Positions 29,973 to 39,618 of a DNA stretch of 64,000 bases are shown in pieces. A model generated the notes under the pieces. That model was not told the origin of the DNA. It did not search any database and saw nothing but the letters and a program-made list of their open reading frames with translations. The stretch spans positions 768,001-832,000 of the forward strand of contig JBPOGI010000001.1 of assembly GCA_051251855.1 (NCBI GenBank), written 5' to 3'. Within the stretch, counting starts at the first letter, position 1; the number at the start of each line of letters is the position of its first letter. The DNA is from Roseibacillus sp. Its GTDB lineage: Bacteria > Verrucomicrobiota > Verrucomicrobiia > Verrucomicrobiales > Akkermansiaceae. The position numbers were made by a program, and so were the translations under genes.

Positions 29973-30695
29973 CTAACGCCCCTCAGCCAAGCGAGAAGCC
30001 AACATTTCGGGAAGGCCGGCCTCCAAAACCTTTTTTTGGGCCGCGACGATATCATACTCAAGGCGTCGATAAACGAGGACGTTGGCAGGGATGTCGTAAA
30101 TGGCATAGCAGGCGCGCCAGTCGCCGTTACGAGGTTGGCCTACGGAGCCAACGTTGACGAAGTACTTCAGCTTTTCATCAAACTCGACCTGTTCGGCGGG
30201 TAGTTCGGTGATTTTATCATCCTTGGAGAAGACCCGAGGAACATGGGTGTGACCGTGGAAGCAAAGCTTGGTGAATTGGTAGGAGAAACTCGACATGGCG
30301 TCGAACTTGTTAGTTACGTAGTTCCAGACCTGAGGCTGATCGAGCGATGAGTGGACAATGGTGAAGTCTTCCACCTGACGCACCATACGTAACTTGCGCA
30401 ACCAATCCCGCTGTTCCTCGTTGAGCTGTTTCCGCGTCCAGCGTAGAGCTTCGGCAGCGACAGGGTTCATGGCGTCCAAAGAGTGCTCTCCGCCGCAGTC
30501 TTCGTCGTGGTTCCCTTTGACAACGGGGCAACCTAATTCGCGAATCCGCTCGAGGCATTCGGCTGGATTAGCATTGTAGCCAACGACGTCGCCGAGACAG
30601 ACATAGTCGGTACAGCCTTGTTCCTTCGCATCTGCGAGAACGGCCTCAAGAGCTTCGAGGTTGGCGTGAATATCAGCGAAAAGGGCAATGCGCAT
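29973..30695 (-). CDS. Metallophosphoesterase (calcineurin-like, YfcE family)
   Basis: DIHAN, GDVVGY, GNHD, GHTH, NVGSVGQPR. Confidence 0.92.
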   Translation of the reverse strand: MRIALFADIHANLEALEAVLADAKEQGCTDYVCLGDVVGYNANPAECLERIRELGCPVVKGNHDEDCGGEHSLDAMNPVAAEALRWTRKQLNEEQRDWLRKLRMVRQVEDFTIVHSSLDQPQVWNYVTNKFDAMSSFSYQFTKLCFHGHTHVPRVFSKDDKITELPAEQVEFDEKLKYFVNVGSVGQPRNGDWRACYAIYDIPANVLVYRRLEYDIVAAQKKVLEAGLPEMLASRLAEGR

Positions 30696-30791
30696 AGAAA
30701 TTGAGTGGGCGTGGGCGGGAGATGATAACAGGCTCTCGGTGTTGGGTCCTAGGCTAAAATCCAGCGAAATACGATGTGGGAATACTAGGAA

Positions 30792-32174
30792 TTAGAGAGA
30801 TTGGCGACTGATGCTGTCATAATGCCACTTGATGAGCTCATTCATCCAGTCCTTGGTAAGGGGAAAGAGACTGGGGTTCTTAAGGGGGTCTAGGTGCTCA
30901 GGGAGCTCGGCGAGGGAGCATGTTTCCTCTAAAAGTTCTTTGACCCCATCGCGAGGAAGGTTGTGACCCTCGTCCAACCAGTAGTTGGCGAGGTCTTTGA
31001 TTTTGGCCCCGTTAATCTTCGTCCCATTTTCAGGGAAAATCTTGGTGAGGGGCACGTGTTCACTGGAGTCGATTCCGGAGATGTTTTGCAATACAAAGAA
31101 GAGAACACGCATCGTGGGGAGTCCAGTTCCTCCATACTCTTGAAAGTGATCAACAACGACAGGCCAATCGGTCGCTTCTTCAAAGGGATCTTCCGACAGG
31201 GTGAGGGGAAAGGCTTCCATTGCTTCAGCGACCTTGAGTGTGACCCGCTTGATGTCAGCATTGCGAAGTGGGTTGAGAGCGTAGGGAAGTTGCAGAGGGG
31301 CGATACGTTCTTCGAGAGTTTGGCGGATATTCTGTGATGGTAGGCCTTCGCTACGACGCTGATAGTAGTTAAAGAGGGAGCGTATAGCTTCTGCGTCAGA
31401 GCCAAAAATTTCTTCGGTGGAAAGCGCTTTCTCATCGGGGTATTCGATTTGAAGGGCGTAGAGTAAACTTTTGACTGACGGGAAGCGGAATTGTGGGTTG
31501 GCGTATATTTCCCGCGCGAGCTGGAGGGCTTCTTGACGTCGTTCTGGCACACGGGCCATGAGGTAAAGTCTTTGGCGTCTCACCGCATCGGTCACGCCAT
31601 CGAGAGTTATGGCCTTATCGAGGGTTTCAGTCGCGATCCGATAATCTAGGTGGTCTGGCTTGTAGGTGTCGGAGTAGATTCGCGCCTTCATCTGATACAG
31701 CTCCAGGCTATCTGGGATATTCTCGATTCCTTCATCAAGATAGGAAACTCCCTTGTGGAAAAACTCATCGCGGCGAAGTTTTCGCTGAGCATCGGTGATG
31801 CCCGCACGGTCACCGTAGTCAGAGTAGGCTTCGTCCGCAGCGTAACCTGCAGCTGACTTCCAATAGTAACTGGCTTTGGGTTGCAGGGTGTGAATCTGTT
31901 TGAACGTGTTGAAGATGCTCAGCCAGTCTTGATCCTGCCAAGCGGTGACAACTTCCGAGAAGTTCAGAACCGCAGCCACGAGAGAACGGAGCCCACCGAT
32001 AGCGATCGCCGCCGAGGTCTGTCCGAGTGCTTCGGAGGTCCCCATATCGAGGGGTTCGGCGAGAATGCCAGCTTGGCGCATCTCTCGACCAAGGGGTCGT
32101 TCAAGGGGCATCCGCGCTACTCCCGCAATGAGCAGGAAGAGCAGAACCAAAGCGACTTTTCTAAAGAAAACCAT
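30792..32174 (-). CDS. Hypothetical membrane-anchored helical (TPR-like) protein with a duplicated C-terminal domain
   Basis: N-terminal TM, AIGGLRSLVA, helical middle region, two ~80-aa internal repeats. Confidence 0.7.
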   Translation of the reverse strand: MVFFRKVALVLLFLLIAGVARMPLERPLGREMRQAGILAEPLDMGTSEALGQTSAAIAIGGLRSLVAAVLNFSEVVTAWQDQDWLSIFNTFKQIHTLQPKASYYWKSAAGYAADEAYSDYGDRAGITDAQRKLRRDEFFHKGVSYLDEGIENIPDSLELYQMKARIYSDTYKPDHLDYRIATETLDKAITLDGVTDAVRRQRLYLMARVPERRQEALQLAREIYANPQFRFPSVKSLLYALQIEYPDEKALSTEEIFGSDAEAIRSLFNYYQRRSEGLPSQNIRQTLEERIAPLQLPYALNPLRNADIKRVTLKVAEAMEAFPLTLSEDPFEEATDWPVVVDHFQEYGGTGLPTMRVLFFVLQNISGIDSSEHVPLTKIFPENGTKINGAKIKDLANYWLDEGHNLPRDGVKELLEETCSLAELPEHLDPLKNPSLFPLTKDWMNELIKWHYDSISRQSL

Positions 32175-32297
32175 CTCGTGCTAAGAAGCTAGAATGAATT
32201 CAAGCCGAGCGCAAACTTCGTCTTGGGACGAGTTGTGACCAGCTCAGCTCCGAGAGAGGTATGGCTCCTTCGGTAGATTAACGGATGTATCAGCGAG

Positions 32298-32328
32298 AGG
32301 AGGGTCGGGTGAGGCGGACCCTCCTTTT
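32298..32328. terminator. Hairpin downstream of the ABC-F gene, possibly a terminator
   Basis: AGGAGGGTC...GACCCTCCT 9-bp stem; the T run is on the + side, so orientation is uncertain. Confidence 0.35.
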
Positions 32329-32341
32329 AAAGTAGAATCCG

Positions 32342-34354
32342 CTAGGAGATGGTCGCTTCCAAGGCTTCGATTTCGGCAGTGAGGGTGTCCCAGCGGGAGT
32401 AGGCGCCGTTGAGCTTGTCGGTGAGCGCGGTGAGGGCGTGGGTAGTCTCCTGGAACTTCTCGGTGTCGGTGGCGACTTCGGGGCTGGAGAGGTGTTCTGA
32501 GAGCTTGTTCTGGGAGGCTTCGATTTCGGAGATTTGACCTTCGAGCTTTTCGAGGTCGTTCTTGAGGGGGCCAAGAGATTGGCGAGCCGCGGCTTCTGCT
32601 TTGCGCTGTTCCTTGCGATTAACCGAAGGTTGCGGTGTGATAGGAGCGGGAGTCTTCTCCTTCTTGGGTGCTGCGACCGGTTGGGGAGGGAGGGTCTGCT
32701 TCTTCGCGGGGGTAGGTTTGCTTTTCTCTGCTTTTTGAGCCTTTTCATCGGCTTCGATTTTGTCGAGGTAGTAGGTCAGGTTGCCATGGAAGAGGCGGGG
32801 GTCGTGGCCTTGGCGGAACTCGATGGTCTTGGAGATGATAGGATCGAGGAAGTTCCGGTTGTGGGAGACGATGAGCAGGGTGCCTTCGTATTCCATGAGC
32901 GCTTGTTGGAGGATGTCCTGCGATCGCATGTCGAGGTGGTTGGTGGGCTCATCGAGAATCAAGAAGTTGGCTGGGCGAACCAGCATGCGGACCAAGGCCA
33001 CTCGGGAACGCTCACCACCGGAGAGGATGCCGACCTTTTTGAAGACGTCGTCGCCTTTGAAGAGGAAGCAACCCAGCACGTCACGAGCAGAGAGAGAGCG
33101 GCCTCGACTGGCGACCTGCTCGACGGTCTCGAGCACGGTGAGGTCGGGGTCGAGCTCGTCGGCGTGGTTTTGGTTGAAGAAACTAGGAAGGGTTTTGGCT
33201 CCGAGGGCGTGGTCACCATTGGTGGGTTCTTCCTCTCCGGTGATGAGGCGGCAGAAGGTGGACTTGCCGGCGCCGTTGGGGCCGACGATGGCGATTTTTT
33301 CTTTGCGTTCGATTTCGAAATCGAAGCCGTCGAAAATTTTGAGGTCGCCGTAGGTTTTTCCGGCATTTTCGAGCTTGGCGACAGATTGCGTGGTCGGCGG
33401 TGGATCGGGAAAGCGGAAGGAGACTTGGGATTCGGCAGAGTCGACGGTGATGCGCTCAATTTTTGCGAGTTGTTTGATCCGTGACTGAACGAGGGTCGCT
33501 TTTTTCGCGGAGGCACGGAAACGGTTGATGAAGCTTTCGATCTGCTCGATTTCGCGGTCTTGAGCTTTCTTTTGTTTGAGGCGAATCTCTTGGCGCTCGG
33601 CGAGCTGGGTTTCGTAGGACGAGTAGTTGCCTTTGAATTCCTCGGCGCGGCCGTGGTGGAAAGCGATGGTGCGGGTCACGAGGCTGTCCATCAGGGAGCG
33701 GTCGTGGGAAATGAGGGCGATGGCTCCTTTATAGGTGAAGAGATAATTCTCCATGAAAGCCTGTGCATTGATGTCGAGGTGGTTGGTGGGCTCGTCGAGA
33801 AGAAGGATTTCAGGTTCGGCGAGGAAGAGCTTGGCCATCGCGATGCGCATCTGCCAGCCGCCGGAGAATTCGCCGCAATCGCGTTCGAGGTCCTCTTTTT
33901 TGAAGCCAAGACCAGCGAGGACCGTTTCGATGCTGGCTTTGACGCGAGAAGGGTCGAAGTGCTCCAGCAGGAGGTCGAGTTCTCCCATGCGCTCGAGAGC
34001 CTTGGAATAGGGATCGGAACGGGGATCGAGGACATCGAGCTCCTTCTCAAGCTCATCGAGCTCCTTTTGCCATTCTTGCGCTTCTCCGAAGGCTGATTCG
34101 GTCTCTTCGTAGACCGTCTTTCCTTTGACGTGGATGCCTTCCTGCGGGAGATATCCGATACGATAGCCTTTGGGTTTATTAATTTCCCCGCCATTGGGCT
34201 GGATAACGCCGCCGATGCACTTCATCAGAGTCGACTTGCCGGCGCCATTGTGGCCCGCAAAGGCAATGCGCTCCCCATCACCGATGGAAAACGACAAATC
34301 AGCGAAGACGACCCGGGGTCCGAACTCGACGCGGAGGTTTTTGATGGAAAGCAC
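32342..34354 (-). CDS. ABC-F family ribosome-associated ATPase (YheS/Uup-like)
   Basis: Two ABC domains (GHNGAGKS, FSGGW, LDEPTNHLD; GPNGAGKS, LSGGE), no TM helices, C-terminal coiled coil. Confidence 0.93.
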   Translation of the reverse strand: MLSIKNLRVEFGPRVVFADLSFSIGDGERIAFAGHNGAGKSTLMKCIGGVIQPNGGEINKPKGYRIGYLPQEGIHVKGKTVYEETESAFGEAQEWQKELDELEKELDVLDPRSDPYSKALERMGELDLLLEHFDPSRVKASIETVLAGLGFKKEDLERDCGEFSGGWQMRIAMAKLFLAEPEILLLDEPTNHLDINAQAFMENYLFTYKGAIALISHDRSLMDSLVTRTIAFHHGRAEEFKGNYSSYETQLAERQEIRLKQKKAQDREIEQIESFINRFRASAKKATLVQSRIKQLAKIERITVDSAESQVSFRFPDPPPTTQSVAKLENAGKTYGDLKIFDGFDFEIERKEKIAIVGPNGAGKSTFCRLITGEEEPTNGDHALGAKTLPSFFNQNHADELDPDLTVLETVEQVASRGRSLSARDVLGCFLFKGDDVFKKVGILSGGERSRVALVRMLVRPANFLILDEPTNHLDMRSQDILQQALMEYEGTLLIVSHNRNFLDPIISKTIEFRQGHDPRLFHGNLTYYLDKIEADEKAQKAEKSKPTPAKKQTLPPQPVAAPKKEKTPAPITPQPSVNRKEQRKAEAAARQSLGPLKNDLEKLEGQISEIEASQNKLSEHLSSPEVATDTEKFQETTHALTALTDKLNGAYSRWDTLTAEIEALEATIS

Positions 34355-34390
34355 GGGAGGGGCTTAGATCGGCTCGCCAGTTGAGGAAAC

Positions 34391-34418
34391 AAAAAAGCCC
34401 ACCATCATGGAGGGCTTT
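34391..34418 (-). terminator. Intrinsic terminator of the three-gene TcA-like operon
   Basis: AAAGCCC-A-CCA tca TGG-A-GGGCTTT with an A6 run that gives a U tract on the minus strand. Confidence 0.7.
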
Positions 34419-34448
34419 GCTATTCTAATTTGGAAGAGGAGATGAAAA

Positions 34449-36212
34449 CTAATCGGTTTGTGAGACCGCATTTTCCTGGGATGTGCCCTCTAGCATTTCC
34501 ACGGTCTTGACCAGACTCCCCAATTGCTGTTCGAGAGCATTGAGCCGATTGGTCAGCTCTTTGTTTTCTTCTGCGAGTTCATCATTCTTGTCGGCCAACT
34601 CTTGAATGGCATTGACAGACGCCCACTTAATTTCGCTTGGGTTGACGCTGAGAAATCCACTCTCATCCTCAAAAACAGCATTTGGGAAAATGGGTTGAAG
34701 TTCTTGCGCAATCACTCCTACTTCCGTTTTTTCGGAGTGAAATCCGAGTTCTGGATTAAGTTTGTAACGAAAGCTGACGGTGTTAACTCTACGGATTTTT
34801 TCGAGACTCGACTGGTAAGGTTGAATGTCTTTTTTCAAGCGACGATCAGAGAAGGTGGCCCAGTCACTGCCTCCTGCGCTCTTGGTCGCGCCTCCATCCA
34901 CTACGAGCGTGTTCTCGCCATTTGTGGGGACGTTATCGCGCACAATCATAGCCCTAACCCCACTGCTATTCTCTAAGAAGAGAATGCCGTCGTCCTGTGC
35001 TCTTCCCTTCACTGCAAAGGTAAAGTTAGTAGCCGGCGACATATTGATTCCCACCGCATTGCTATCCACGACTAAGTTTTGCCCTTGTCCCAGTGTCACT
35101 GCGTTACCTGTATTTCCATTGAGGATTAAGCCGAGATCCGAATCGATTTCGTTGTTGTCGATAAACATACCTCCGTTAATTTCCAACGCTGCAAGAGAAC
35201 CAGTGTTGTCAGAGCCTGAAATCTCGACACCATTTGAATTCACCCGGATCCGATCAGATTGACCGCTGTCAGCGACTCGGAAAAAGGTGGTGTCTCCAGA
35301 AGTGGCTGAAATGTTCAGGGTGACATCAGCAAAGTTAGTATTAATTCCAACATTGTTGCGGGACGTGTCGACTCCAAAAAGACTTCCTTCAACATTGAGA
35401 TTTCCTGGGATTGAGATGCTTGGGGTGCTCAGTGTACCAGTAATGGTTCCAGCTGTGATGTTGCCGCCGACCGTAAGGTTGCCCGTGAGATTGCTTGTTC
35501 CTGCTACGGTGAGATTTCCGTTCGTAGTGATGCTTCCATTGGAATTCCCAACTCTAAAAACTGGTCCTCCTGCAAGATTGTCTTCGTCATAGATTTTGAA
35601 GAGGTCACTGTCTCCTGGATTGAAAAGAACGGCAGTATCGCCATTGAGAAAAAATCCTGAACTTTCTCCTCCTGCGGTTGTTTGGAGGAAGAGGCCATCA
35701 TTTCCCCCATCTGGCTGGAATCCAGTGCTGTCGCCAAATACTCCGGTGTCGGTCACGTCTATTCGTCGATTAGCTGCTCCTAAGGTCGCCGCGTTGAAGG
35801 CCTCGGGAGAGTGCAGCATGCGTTGACGAGGAGTAATTGGAGCGTTGCCTTGAACGGTAAGTTCCAAGTAACGGTCTCCTCCGGCGAAGGCGTCAGCGAG
35901 TAGATCTCCGTCGGTATCTTCTGGGCCAATGGCGGCATTGAAGCGTCCGTTTGCGAGCGGGATGAGAGGTCCGTGACCATCGACTGCGGTGACGCCATCC
36001 GTGATGAAGGGACCCCAGACGAGGTTTCCACCAGTGGCAGCATCAAAGAGCCGAAAGGTCAGCGTGTAATCCCCATCGGTAAAAGGGTCCCCTGCGGCGT
36101 TGGTAAGACGACCTTGGTAGTTCATTTCTTGAGCGAAGATCGGGCTGGCCAAGAACATTCCGGCTATTGCAGCCAGAGAAAGGTTGCGGATCAAGCGACT
36201 GGTATTTTTCAT
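34449..36212 (-). CDS. Secreted tail-fibre-like protein with C-terminal S74 intramolecular chaperone
   Basis: Sec signal ending IFA-Q; NYQGRL...TFRLFDAATGG N-terminal domain; GNLTV and VGIN repeats; FSDRRLKKDI, GVIAQEL, NAIQEL plus coiled coil. Confidence 0.85.
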   Translation of the reverse strand: MKNTSRLIRNLSLAAIAGMFLASPIFAQEMNYQGRLTNAAGDPFTDGDYTLTFRLFDAATGGNLVWGPFITDGVTAVDGHGPLIPLANGRFNAAIGPEDTDGDLLADAFAGGDRYLELTVQGNAPITPRQRMLHSPEAFNAATLGAANRRIDVTDTGVFGDSTGFQPDGGNDGLFLQTTAGGESSGFFLNGDTAVLFNPGDSDLFKIYDEDNLAGGPVFRVGNSNGSITTNGNLTVAGTSNLTGNLTVGGNITAGTITGTLSTPSISIPGNLNVEGSLFGVDTSRNNVGINTNFADVTLNISATSGDTTFFRVADSGQSDRIRVNSNGVEISGSDNTGSLAALEINGGMFIDNNEIDSDLGLILNGNTGNAVTLGQGQNLVVDSNAVGINMSPATNFTFAVKGRAQDDGILFLENSSGVRAMIVRDNVPTNGENTLVVDGGATKSAGGSDWATFSDRRLKKDIQPYQSSLEKIRRVNTVSFRYKLNPELGFHSEKTEVGVIAQELQPIFPNAVFEDESGFLSVNPSEIKWASVNAIQELADKNDELAEENKELTNRLNALEQQLGSLVKTVEMLEGTSQENAVSQTD

Positions 36213-36241
36213 AGGTGTCAGGATTGTTGTTGTGAATGGAT

Positions 36242-39200
36242 TTAGTTGGCGGTGGAGCTCACGCGGGTGGCCGCACGGTGGCGGATGATGAGTTCGATGT
36301 CCTCAATTTTGTCAATATCGATAGCCTGGTTGCTCAAGTTTGGTTGAGTGGCATTGATGACGAGTCGCCAACGGGTAGCGGCGACGCTGAGTTCGTTGAA
36401 ATTGTTGAATTGAAAGGTCTGGCCGAGAGTATCTTCCTGAGTGGGGTCGAAGCCGACAAACCGGGCACTATTGCCGGAGTAGGCAATACTTCCAGAAGCG
36501 AGGTTTTCGTTGAGAACCTGAAAGACGTTGTCTAGGTTTTCGGACTGGTAGAACCGGTAAGGTTGCACGAAGAACTCGCCCGGATAGTCGGTAAACTGGG
36601 TCACAAATTGCCCCGGATTCACTTCGGCTGTGAAAGTGCTGGCGTTGCTAGCAGGAACGAGCCGGAGGTTGGGATCGCTGCGAGGGGCGAGCCGAGTCCG
36701 AAAGATAGTAAGGCCTCCATATCCGACGGCACCGTTGATAATAGTCGGAGTGGTTCCGCCGGGACCAGTATCAGGACCATCCTCCGCTACAATATTGAAT
36801 TTGACGTAGATGATTTTGTCTCTCCATTGGCCTGGATCGCCAATGCTGCCATCAAGGTTATACTCCGGCCCTCGAAAGAGGGACTCGATATCTTGCAAAA
36901 GAGCAGTATTGAAGGGAACGACGATGGAGCCTGAGCCTGTCTGGTAGGACCGCAGCTTGTTCCGAAAAAGGTCGAGTTGGGATACCACCGTGGCCGAGGT
37001 GAGGTCGACGCGGAGATCGTTGCTGGGATCGCTCTCGGGAACATTTGTAAGATTGAAGGTATTAGGGTTCCGTGCCAGCAGGTCATCTTTGAGAGAGATG
37101 ATGGCAGTGCTGACGATGGGGGAGTCGTTGGGTTCTCGGGCAGCATCGAAGGCTAGAAAGGCTGTCAGAAGATCGTCGAGTTCAGTCACGTTTCTCATCT
37201 TGAAGACTGAGCCGGAATCGTAGTCCTTTCCGCCGGAAGTGACGCCAAATCGTTGGGTCCATTTATGCTCAAGCGCTCGCTGGGCATAGAACATCCAGCG
37301 TTGAGCCTCGGCGAAGGCGGCATCAGCATCGAGAATGGCATTCTGACTGCGGATGAAGTGGATGGGATCGGCATAATAACGGGAGCGGACGGCAGCGGTA
37401 TTGGTTTCGAAGGTTTGCTCAATGCGGTCGAGTTCGAGATAGAGCGCGGTGCGGCGAGCCGTGGCTTGGGTGATACCGTTGCTCACTTCTTGCCCTTCGA
37501 TATTCGCAGAATACCGCTCACGGAGAAGGTCTTGCAGGGCATCTTTCGACTGTTGAACAGTGAGTTCATTGTCTGCCTTCTGCATCTTGCCCTCATAGGA
37601 AATGGACGCTTGGTCGATGGCGACCTCCGCATCGGCCTCGATACCTGCGAGGATGGCTTGGGCTGCTCCATTGGTAGCCCCTGCTGCGCTAATGGCGATG
37701 GCTTTGAATTTTGCGGTTAAGGGATTCTTTAGGCTGGTGAGTTGGAAGGCGGTGTCCTGCACTGCTTGTGCGGCCGCTCCGACTGGGCGACCGATCTGTA
37801 GCGCTAGGTAGTGACCATCCACCTTATCTGCATAGACTCGTCGAGCATCGTCTACATAGTCGTCGAGGCCATTCGCAAAGTTGAGCGTGACGCGTGCTTC
37901 GCTCTCGCTGATCTCGAACTGAGCTTGCAAGTTTTCGATTTCTCCCTGGGTGAGTCCGAGCAGCTCTAGGTCGAGTTCAACTCGTTCGAGTTCGGACCCC
38001 ACCCCTGGCTTGGGATCTTTACCATTCCACTGATCGTCATCGATCCCGATGGAATAGCCCGTAATATCGCGGAAGCGGACCTCTCGACTCACGCGTATCG
38101 CCTTCAAGTCTTCGACAACTTGGTCCACTGACTCACGAAAATTCTCATATTCGTCGCGCGCATCATCATACTTACCGAGCGCAACGGTAAGGGGGCGATT
38201 GGGCCCACGGAGACGAGCTACGAATTGCGAGAAGCTATCGAATCCTCCAAAGTTAGGTAGCGAGAGAGGATCGCCGTTGTGGGCGACTGGAGAAGCGGCG
38301 AATTGGGTCTGGAAGAGAATGAGAAAGTTCGGGTCAAGACCAAGCATGTTAGAAGTGCCGTTGAGGAAAGAGCGGATATTCGTAAGGTCCGCGAGAGCAG
38401 TCTCGGCACCAGTGAATGCGGCATAGACGCCTGAGGTGTCTCCGGCTGGAAAGTCATGATCAGCGAACATGGAGCGAAGAAGAGAGAGGTCGTTGGGGAA
38501 GGTTTCGAAGATTTCGGCGGTTTCTGCTCGAGCAAGTTCGAGGTCACTGGGGTTTTGACTCGAAGGGGGAAGCTGTCGCAGGCCGCGCAAACGATTGAGT
38601 TCGGTGACGTGCTCAACATAGTCGCCCATGATAGTGATGAGCGTGACATAGTCCTTGAAGCCCGAGGCGAGAATCTCGTTCGAGGCCCGGGGCTCCACAG
38701 ACTGTGTGTTCTCATTGTAGGTGGGCACAGGCTCAGGCTCCCCAGTGGTGGCCTCGAAGTATCGGGATGGAGTCTGGTTGCGCGAAGGTTGCTGCTTTTG
38801 GAAAATGTAGTAGCCGAAGGGAGTTCCCGGAGTAGCGGAAGGGTCAAAATCAGAAGGCTCCACTCCCTCTTGACGCTCGGTAAAGAGTTCGGTGTATTGA
38901 TCGATAATCGTCTTCAAAGTTCCGGTGACTCTTTCCAGAATTTCGATTTCCTCATCAATGACGAAGACGGATACCACTTCGAGTCCAAGTCGCTTTTTAC
39001 CCAATTCGACGAGGTCATTTTTAATGAATTGGACTTCGGCGACGGCGCGGTCGGTATAAGCATCTAGGAGAAGATTCCGCAACCCGCTATCCAAAGGCGC
39101 GTTTGCGAGTGCTGCCCAAATGTCGTCGATGGCAGCCTCGGTCGTTAATCGCTCGGGCTCTCCATACCAAGTATCCATCTGCTGGAAGTGACTGGTAACA

Positions 39201-39604
39201 TCTGTCTCTCCAGGCTCTGGAGAGTAAAGTAGGGTCAGATAGCGGAAGGCTGCGCTGCTGCTTTCGACTTGGGTTTTGCTCGCAGTTGGGGCGGGGTAGA
39301 GGAAGGTTCGGATGCGGTCAGCCTCGTCCTTAGCGTAATCTTCGAAGGGGGTATAGGGAGCGAAGGATTGGCCTACAGAAAACTCTTCCAGAAAAACGAC
39401 TCCGTCATTGGGGTAGTTGCCACTGTTTGCGGTCGCAAGATTAGGGTTGCCTGTCAGCCCTGTGTAGATGAAGGGATTATCCGCATCACCAGGTTCAGTC
39501 ACCAGGTTGTCAAAAACAGGTCGGACCTTGGGTTCGATTGCACCTGCGGTGGCAACAAGAGCCAAGAGTAAGAAGTGGTGTCGAGTTCGTAGGAAAGTGG
39601 GCAT
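36242..39604 (-). CDS. Secreted protein resembling the C-terminal channel and TcB-binding region of Tc toxin subunit TcA
   Basis: Sec signal; long helices around an Ala/Gly-rich hydrophobic hairpin; AQRWMFYAQRALE, ISLKDDL, RDKIIYVKFNI and FNELSVAATRWRL...IEDIELIIRHRA parallel TcA C-terminal motifs (recognised by eye). Confidence 0.6.
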   Translation of the reverse strand: MPTFLRTRHHFLLLALVATAGAIEPKVRPVFDNLVTEPGDADNPFIYTGLTGNPNLATANSGNYPNDGVVFLEEFSVGQSFAPYTPFEDYAKDEADRIRTFLYPAPTASKTQVESSSAAFRYLTLLYSPEPGETDVTSHFQQMDTWYGEPERLTTEAAIDDIWAALANAPLDSGLRNLLLDAYTDRAVAEVQFIKNDLVELGKKRLGLEVVSVFVIDEEIEILERVTGTLKTIIDQYTELFTERQEGVEPSDFDPSATPGTPFGYYIFQKQQPSRNQTPSRYFEATTGEPEPVPTYNENTQSVEPRASNEILASGFKDYVTLITIMGDYVEHVTELNRLRGLRQLPPSSQNPSDLELARAETAEIFETFPNDLSLLRSMFADHDFPAGDTSGVYAAFTGAETALADLTNIRSFLNGTSNMLGLDPNFLILFQTQFAASPVAHNGDPLSLPNFGGFDSFSQFVARLRGPNRPLTVALGKYDDARDEYENFRESVDQVVEDLKAIRVSREVRFRDITGYSIGIDDDQWNGKDPKPGVGSELERVELDLELLGLTQGEIENLQAQFEISESEARVTLNFANGLDDYVDDARRVYADKVDGHYLALQIGRPVGAAAQAVQDTAFQLTSLKNPLTAKFKAIAISAAGATNGAAQAILAGIEADAEVAIDQASISYEGKMQKADNELTVQQSKDALQDLLRERYSANIEGQEVSNGITQATARRTALYLELDRIEQTFETNTAAVRSRYYADPIHFIRSQNAILDADAAFAEAQRWMFYAQRALEHKWTQRFGVTSGGKDYDSGSVFKMRNVTELDDLLTAFLAFDAAREPNDSPIVSTAIISLKDDLLARNPNTFNLTNVPESDPSNDLRVDLTSATVVSQLDLFRNKLRSYQTGSGSIVVPFNTALLQDIESLFRGPEYNLDGSIGDPGQWRDKIIYVKFNIVAEDGPDTGPGGTTPTIINGAVGYGGLTIFRTRLAPRSDPNLRLVPASNASTFTAEVNPGQFVTQFTDYPGEFFVQPYRFYQSENLDNVFQVLNENLASGSIAYSGNSARFVGFDPTQEDTLGQTFQFNNFNELSVAATRWRLVINATQPNLSNQAIDIDKIEDIELIIRHRAATRVSSTAN

Positions 39605-39618
39605 AGCTTGGAGGAGAA

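Noticed and set aside
34449..36212. Prophage or contractile injection system
   Set aside because: No capsid, sheath, tube, baseplate, integrase or lysis genes; the fibre has a Sec signal.
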